The notes under the pieces: generated by a model
Databases searched by the model: none
What the model saw: the letters and a program-made list of their open reading frames with translations, nothing else
What the model was told of the DNA's origin: nothing
Made by a program: the position numbers and the translations under genes
Shown: positions 58,529-64,000 of the stretch, piece after piece
How positions within the stretch are numbered: the first letter of the stretch is position 1
Layout of the letters: each line of letters begins with the position of its first letter
Origin: Candidatus Versatilivorator sp.
GTDB lineage: Bacteria > Acidobacteriota > Terriglobia > Versatilivoradales > Versatilivoraceae
Direction of reading: 5' to 3'
DNA length: 64,000 nucleotides
Assembly: GCA_965207735.1 (NCBI GenBank)
Contig: OZ242296.1
Location: forward strand, 2,528,001 to 2,592,000

Positions 58529-59578
58529 TTATCCTTCGAAGGTAATGACTGTCTTGAGGGCTTGGCTCTCACCCCTGGCCAGGGAGGTCATGGCCCGAGG
58601 CGTTTCATTCAGGCGACAGCGGCCCTCGATAAAGGTTGCCAACTCCGACTTGATGTCGGGCAGAATGGCGACGGCCTTCGCAAAGTCGCTCCGATCGAAA
58701 CCGTAGGTCCCCACCAGGCATACCTCGTTGCTGACCGCATCCTGCAACGGCAATGAGACTTCCTTGGCAAGATTCCCGATCAGCAGCAGAGTTCCTCCGG
58801 CTTCCAGCAGAGACAGGCACAGGGAGAACGACTCCCGCGTCCCGACGGCATCGATCACAACCTCCGACCGTCCCGCCAGGAGGGATTCGACTTTCCCCGC
58901 TTCCCTGGCCGGGTCTCCGGAGGAATCCACCGGAACGGCCCGAGCCCCGAACTCGGCGGCGCGATCGGCCTTCTCGGCCACCGTGTCCAGCACCACCGTC
59001 CGGGAAAGTTCCCTGGCACGCGCCATCAGGACCGCCGCCAGCCCGATGGTCCCGGCGCCGACGATGGCCAGCCGGGCCGGACGCACCCCAAGCCTCTCCA
59101 AACGCCGCCACCCACGGGTCACTACGGCCAGGGGCTCGGCCAGGAGTCCGATTTCGGGCGGAATCCCCGAAGGAAGCAGAATGGCGTTCTCTGCCGGAAC
59201 AGCCAGGAACTCGGCCATGGCTCCGCGCTTGGCCAGGTTGACGCCGATCATCTTCTTGTTGAGGAAGGAGGGGTCTCCCTCGTCGGGGTCCGGGGGCGCA
59301 TGGGCGATGATATTGTAGATGGTCACAGGATCGCCTATTGCCGGAGAGCGGACGCCCTCTCCCTGGGCAACCACCTCGCCGGCGGCCTCGTGTCCCATGA
59401 CCATGCCGGGCGCCCGCCGGCCGCTCTCCCCGGTGAACCCATGGACGTCGCTGCCGCAGATACCGACAGCCTTCATCTTGACCAGGACCTCTCCTGGCGC
59501 CGGTTCCGGCTTGGGCAGTCTCTCCAGCTTCATGTCCCAGGGAGCATGAAACACCACGGCTTGCATGAATTCCGGCAT
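58529..59578 (-). CDS. Zinc-dependent (MDR) alcohol/sugar dehydrogenase
   Basis: GICGSDVH, GHE.AG.V, LAEPLAV, GAGTIG, VIDAVG. Confidence 0.9.
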   Translation of the reverse strand: MPEFMQAVVFHAPWDMKLERLPKPEPAPGEVLVKMKAVGICGSDVHGFTGESGRRAPGMVMGHEAAGEVVAQGEGVRSPAIGDPVTIYNIIAHAPPDPDEGDPSFLNKKMIGVNLAKRGAMAEFLAVPAENAILLPSGIPPEIGLLAEPLAVVTRGWRRLERLGVRPARLAIVGAGTIGLAAVLMARARELSRTVVLDTVAEKADRAAEFGARAVPVDSSGDPAREAGKVESLLAGRSEVVIDAVGTRESFSLCLSLLEAGGTLLLIGNLAKEVSLPLQDAVSNEVCLVGTYGFDRSDFAKAVAILPDIKSELATFIEGRCRLNETPRAMTSLARGESQALKTVITFEG

Positions 59579-59789
59579 CGGTGTCTCCAGAGGCGGTTGA
59601 AACCCACAACGCTTTGGGACCCATAGTGTAACCCATTACGACTTGACTCGCTCCCGGGATCACAGTAGCCTGAACCAAATCAGGTGACGGCGTTGCCGGC
59701 ACCCCCTTTCGAATACCGAACGGAATGGCGATCAACCCGACAGGGGAGATCGACCCTCGCAAAACCAAAGCTTCTCAGGTGATCAAGGA

Positions 59790-60662
59790 ATGAGAAACGG
59801 AATAGCAAGGACAGCGAAGCGAATGGCCGGTGTGCTCGCGGTGACGGCGATTGCACTGGTCGGAACACTTCAGGCCCAGTTTGACTATCGAGCCAAAGTG
59901 GTCAAGATCGAAGACCTGACGCATGACGTGCGCCGGGTCGGAATGCAGTTGGAAAAGTCCGAGGGATTCTCCTTCACGCCCGGACAATACGTCTTTGTCA
60001 ACATTCCGGAGTACTACGTCAAGCAGTGGAACCAGAAGTACGGCACCGATCACGAACAAGTCTTGCGTCCTTATTCCTTCGCCTCCAGCTCCAGCAAGCT
60101 GCCCCGGTTCGACTTGATCATCAAGTGGGCCCGCCCCCCTCGCGACAAGGATGTTCCCCCGGGGGTCGCGTCCAGCTTCGTGCACCAGCACCTGAGAGTG
60201 GGGGATGTCCTCGAAATCACCGAGCCCACGGGAGATCTCTACCTGCGCGCCGACACGGGCGAGCCTATCGTCATTGTGGCCGGCGGCTCGGGGGCGGCGC
60301 CCTTCGTTTCCCTGCTGGAATATTTTTTTGAAAGGGAATTCGACAAGAACAACGAGATCTACTTTTTCTTCGGCGTTCGAAGCAAGCGCGATCTCTTCCT
60401 TCACGACCGCTTCCTCGCCTGGGACAAGAGCAAACCCCGGTTCCACTACATCCCCGCCCTATCCCATCCCCGACCGGAAGACAACTGGGAGGGAAAGACC
60501 GGTTACGTCCAAATACCCCTGAACGAGCGCATCGAGGGACCCACGGGAGCTCACGCCTACCTGGCAGGCCCCCCGATCATGATCAAGTTTGTTGAAGAGG
60601 TGCTCCGATCCAAGGGAATTACCAAGGACCGGACCCACTACGACGAAATCGAAGCCCGGTAG
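59790..60662 (+). CDS. FAD/NAD(P)-binding FNR-family oxidoreductase (NqrF/DmpP C-terminal-like) with apparent signal peptide
   Basis: FTPGQYV, RPYSFAS, PPGVASSF, AGGSGAAP, FFFGVRS, ALS.P..EDNWEG.TG. Confidence 0.85.
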   Translation: MRNGIARTAKRMAGVLAVTAIALVGTLQAQFDYRAKVVKIEDLTHDVRRVGMQLEKSEGFSFTPGQYVFVNIPEYYVKQWNQKYGTDHEQVLRPYSFASSSSKLPRFDLIIKWARPPRDKDVPPGVASSFVHQHLRVGDVLEITEPTGDLYLRADTGEPIVIVAGGSGAAPFVSLLEYFFEREFDKNNEIYFFFGVRSKRDLFLHDRFLAWDKSKPRFHYIPALSHPRPEDNWEGKTGYVQIPLNERIEGPTGAHAYLAGPPIMIKFVEEVLRSKGITKDRTHYDEIEAR

Positions 60663-60687
60663 CTGAAGCCCTCATTCCTCCACCCGT

Positions 60688-62157
60688 TTGGCGTCCGTGG
60701 CTTCTCCGACCTACCACATCGAACCCATTTCCCTCACCTGGGACCCTCATCGGCTCGTCCGGGCGGCCGAGCCCGGAGGAGCGTTGCTCGACAGCGGACC
60801 GGGTTACGGCTCCTTCGGCAGATTCTCGTTCTTTGGCTGCGAGCCGTTCCTGACCGTGACGGCGCAAGGTGCGTCGGTCCGGATCGTTGGAGAACATCGC
60901 CGGCAGCTCATGAACGGCAACCCGATTCAGATCCTCTCCCGATTGATTCGGGAACAGACCGTTCCCACCCAGACGCCGGCGAGCCACGATTCCCACCTGC
61001 CTTTTCGGACCGGGGCAGCCATCGGGTTCATTTCCTATGAGTTGGGCCGCCTCATGGAACCCTTCCCGCGCCGCTCCAAAGAGGACCCAAGCCTGCCCGA
61101 GCTGCAGTTTTTCTTTTACGATGCCTTGCTGGCCCACGACCACAGCATGAACCAAACCTGGGCCATCGTCCGCGACCGGCCCCGGGCCGGAAAGCGGTTG
61201 CAATCCACTTTGGACCGAATCCAGCAGGCCGATCCGACCGGCTCCCGGCCGCATCGTCCCAACCGATCGAGCCGGGAAACCTGGACGAGCAGCCTGACCT
61301 ACGACGGCTACTCGGCGGCGGTGAGAAAAGCCCGGCGTTACATTGCCGCCGGAGAGATCTACCAGGTCAACCTGTCGCAGCAACTGTGGTCCCGCTGCTC
61401 CCTGACGGCGCCGCAACTCTACCAGCGACTGCGCCAGACCGGAGCCGCCCCCTTTGGAGCCTACCTTCAGGGAAGGCATTGGACCGTTCTGAGTCTGTCG
61501 CCGGAGCGGTTCCTGCGCTACTGGCCCCGTCAGCGGCACATTCAGACCCGGCCCATTAAAGGGACCCGGCCCCGCGGCGCCTCGTCCGAGGAGGATCAAC
61601 AACTGCGGCAAGCACTGTTGCAGAGTCCCAAGGACGCCGCCGAGCATGTCATGATCGTGGACTTGGAACGCAACGACCTGGGACGGTTGGCCCGTTACGG
61701 AACGGTGCGGGTCAGCGATTTCCGCCGACTGGAGACCTTTCCGACGGTCCACCACCTCACCTCCACCATCGAAGCCAGGCTGAGACCGAATTGCCGATTG
61801 GAAGATCTGATTCAGGCCACCTTCCCCGGCGGGTCCGTCACCGGAACTCCCAAAGTACGCGCCCTGCAGGTCATCGACGAACTCGAGCCCCAGCCACGAA
61901 GCGTCTACACGGGAAGCATCGGCTACCTGGCATTCGATGGGAACCTCGACCTCAACATCGCCATTCGAACACTCATCCTGAAGGACGGTTGGGCTCGCTA
62001 CTCGACGGGTGGCGCCATCGTGGCCGATTCCCGGGCCGATGACGAATACCTGGAAACACTCCACAAGGCGCGCCCCTTTCTGAGCGCCCTGGATCTGGGT
62101 GAGCCCTCGCGCCATGGCCCGAAAAGCACCGCCCTCGACCGCCAACGTGGATTGTAG
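60688..62157 (+). CDS. pabB: Aminodeoxychorismate synthase component I / anthranilate synthase I family
   Basis: LLDSG, GFISYELG, GEIYQVNL, SPERFL, TRPIKGTRPRG, KD.AEHVMIVDLERNDLG, FPGGSVTG.PK, LNIAIRT. Confidence 0.85.
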   Translation: MASVASPTYHIEPISLTWDPHRLVRAAEPGGALLDSGPGYGSFGRFSFFGCEPFLTVTAQGASVRIVGEHRRQLMNGNPIQILSRLIREQTVPTQTPASHDSHLPFRTGAAIGFISYELGRLMEPFPRRSKEDPSLPELQFFFYDALLAHDHSMNQTWAIVRDRPRAGKRLQSTLDRIQQADPTGSRPHRPNRSSRETWTSSLTYDGYSAAVRKARRYIAAGEIYQVNLSQQLWSRCSLTAPQLYQRLRQTGAAPFGAYLQGRHWTVLSLSPERFLRYWPRQRHIQTRPIKGTRPRGASSEEDQQLRQALLQSPKDAAEHVMIVDLERNDLGRLARYGTVRVSDFRRLETFPTVHHLTSTIEARLRPNCRLEDLIQATFPGGSVTGTPKVRALQVIDELEPQPRSVYTGSIGYLAFDGNLDLNIAIRTLILKDGWARYSTGGAIVADSRADDEYLETLHKARPFLSALDLGEPSRHGPKSTALDRQRGL

Positions 62158-62231
62158 ATTTGTGGATTGAAAGCCGACATTTCCTGCCATTGGCGGGAGA
62201 GGAAGGCCGCCTGAACCGCGATCCGGGTCGG

Positions 62232-62266
62232 TTGCTAGCCGCCAACCTTTCCCTTAATATAGGACC
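62232..62266 (+). promoter_or_regulatory. Sigma70-type promoter of rel, probably leaderless
   Basis: TTGCTA (62232-62237), 17-nt spacer, TAATAT (62255-62260), then 6 nt to ATG 62267. Confidence 0.55.
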
Positions 62267-64000
62267 ATGATTCGCTTTGAAGAGGTGTTGGCCAAAGTCG
62301 AGCGATCCCATCCTTCCGACGATCTGGAGGTGTTGAGGAAGGCCTATCGCTTTTCGTCCAACAAGCACGATGGACAGTCCCGTGAATCGGGCGAGCCTTA
62401 CTTCAACCATCCTCTGGCGGTGGCCGATATCCTGGCCGATATGAAGCTCGACGCCAGTTGCGTCAGTGTCGGACTTCTCCACGACGTCGTGGAAGACACG
62501 GTCGTTCCATTGGAGGAGATCGAAGACAAATTCGGCAGAGACATTGCCAACATCGTCAATGGACTCACCAAGATCAACCAGTTTCACTTTTACTCCAAGG
62601 AAGCCCGGCAAGCGGAGAATTTTCGCAAGATGTTCCTGGCCATGGTGGACGACATCCGGGTCGTCCTGGTCAAGCTGGCCGACCGGCTCCACAATATGAG
62701 GACTCTGGAATTCCTTCCGTTGGAAAGGCGGCAGCGCATCGCCCAGGAGACCATGGAGATCTACGCTCCCATTGCCCACCGGCTGGGCATGGGCAAAATC
62801 AGGGGCGAACTCGAGGATCTTGCCTTCGCCACGCTGGACCCCGAGGCGCATGGGCACATCAAGCATGATATCGAGCAGAAAAGGAAGGTCCGACAGAATC
62901 TGCTGGAGGAGATCAAGAACAGGCTGACCCACCAGCTCCAGGAACACGAAATCCCCTGCACCCTGGAATCCCGTGTCAAACGAATCTACAGCGTCCATCA
63001 GAAGATCAGACGCCAGCGGATTTCCATCGAACAGGTCTACGACCTGCTTGCCGTGCGCATCATTACCGGCTCGGTCAGAGACTGCTACGCGGCTCTGGGC
63101 ATCATTCACAACCTCTGGCAACCGGTGCCGGGAAGAATCAAGGACTTCATCGCCATTCCGCGACCCAACATGTACCAGTCGATCCACACCTCGGTCATTG
63201 GCCCCCAGGGGCAACCCTTCGAGGTGCAGATTCGCACGGTCGAGATGCATCGGGTGGCCGAGGAAGGCATCGCCGCCCACTGGAAATACAAAATGGGCCG
63301 CGGCATGGACGACAAGGACGACCAGCGCTTTCTCTGGCTGCGGCACCTGGTGGAATGGCAGCAAGAGATGCAGGATCCCAGCGACTTCCTGAGCACCCTC
63401 AAGATCGATCTCTATCCCGAGGAGGTGTATGCCTTCACTCCCAAGGGCAAGGTGATCATTCTTCCACGGGACGCCACCCCGGTCGACTTTGCCTATGCCA
63501 TCCACAGCGAAGTGGGGGCATGTTGCGTCGGCGCCAAGGTGAATGGCCGCATCGTGCCGCTCAGATCTCGACTCAAGAACGGCGACATCGTTGAAATCCA
63601 GACTCAAACCGGCCACGTGCCCAGCCGAGACTGGCTGTCATTCGTCAAGACCTCACGGGCGCGCAATAAAATCAGACACTATCTGAACGTCAGTCGCCGA
63701 GAGCGCGCCATTGAGCTGGGCAAGCGCATTCTGGAAAAGGAGGCCAAGCGACTCAAGCTCAACCTGAAGAAACACATGGGAGATGGGTCTCTGCTGGCGG
63801 CGGCCAAGCCCTACCGGTGCGATAAGCTGGAGAAAATCCACTCCGCCCTGGGCTTCGGCAAGATCTCCGGGCGAATGCTCCTGAGCAAGTTGGTTCCACC
63901 GGGTGAGTTGACTCGCGCGGCAAAGAACAAACCCGGTAAGTTCACCTCGGCCGTGAAGAAAGTCTTCGGGCTGTCTTCGGACGGCTCACTCAAGGTCAAG
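62267..64000 (+). CDS. relA: Bifunctional (p)ppGpp synthetase/hydrolase (RelA/SpoT homolog), 3'-truncated by the window edge
   Basis: Absent from the ORF track; translated by hand: MIRFEEVL...R.SGEPYFNHPLAVA...LLHDVVEDT, VKLADRLHNMRTL, YAPIAHRLG, YQSIHT, FEVQIRT, AAHWKYK, TGS domain FTPKG...TPVDFAY.IHS. Confidence 0.95.
   Translation, partial: MIRFEEVLAKVERSHPSDDLEVLRKAYRFSSNKHDGQSRESGEPYFNHPLAVADILADMKLDASCVSVGLLHDVVEDTVVPLEEIEDKFGRDIANIVNGLTKINQFHFYSKEARQAENFRKMFLAMVDDIRVVLVKLADRLHNMRTLEFLPLERRQRIAQETMEIYAPIAHRLGMGKIRGELEDLAFATLDPEAHGHIKHDIEQKRKVRQNLLEEIKNRLTHQLQEHEIPCTLESRVKRIYSVHQKIRRQRISIEQVYDLLAVRIITGSVRDCYAALGIIHNLWQPVPGRIKDFIAIPRPNMYQSIHTSVIGPQGQPFEVQIRTVEMHRVAEEGIAAHWKYKMGRGMDDKDDQRFLWLRHLVEWQQEMQDPSDFLSTLKIDLYPEEVYAFTPKGKVIILPRDATPVDFAYAIHSEVGACCVGAKVNGRIVPLRSRLKNGDIVEIQTQTGHVPSRDWLSFVKTSRARNKIRHYLNVSRRERAIELGKRILEKEAKRLKLNLKKHMGDGSLLAAAKPYRCDKLEKIHSALGFGKISGRMLLSKLVPPGELTRAAKNKPGKFTSAVKKVFGLSSDGSLKVK

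Noticed and set aside
61973-63616. 547-aa minus-strand ORF and similar long antisense ORFs (e.g. 50235-52646, 52785-54464, 2232-3608)
   Set aside because: They are shadow frames of well-supported genes on the opposite strand, expected at high GC3.

Overview
This is a GC-rich bacterial chromosomal window; the gene families suggest Acidobacteriota, which is an inference. It holds two Planctomycete-type DUF1501/DUF1549-DUF1553 clusters, a CpxRA-like two-component system with Spy/CpxP, M48 protease and BON genes, several catabolic genes, and housekeeping genes (pdxJ, tRNA-Gln, proS, glyA, mqnE, pabB, 5' part of rel). The most striking signals are non-coding. (1) An 869-nt ORF-less group II intron sits inside the terminal inverted repeat of a ~250-bp MITE. 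Its EBS1/EBS2 are complementary to that repeat, and empty copies of the repeat occur elsewhere in the window. (2) A family of modular 160-185-bp repeat units forms arrays at three convergent gene junctions; one copy appears to have rewritten a protein C-terminus. (3) A head-to-tail IS1634 dimer with a single 6-bp target duplication lies inside one of these arrays. (4) Three copies of a four-box GTAAA operator define a local Cpx-like regulon. (5) A DnaA-box/IHF/AT-rich region between pdxJ and tRNA-Gln is a candidate oriC. All protein calls rest on motif recognition by eye; no searches were run.
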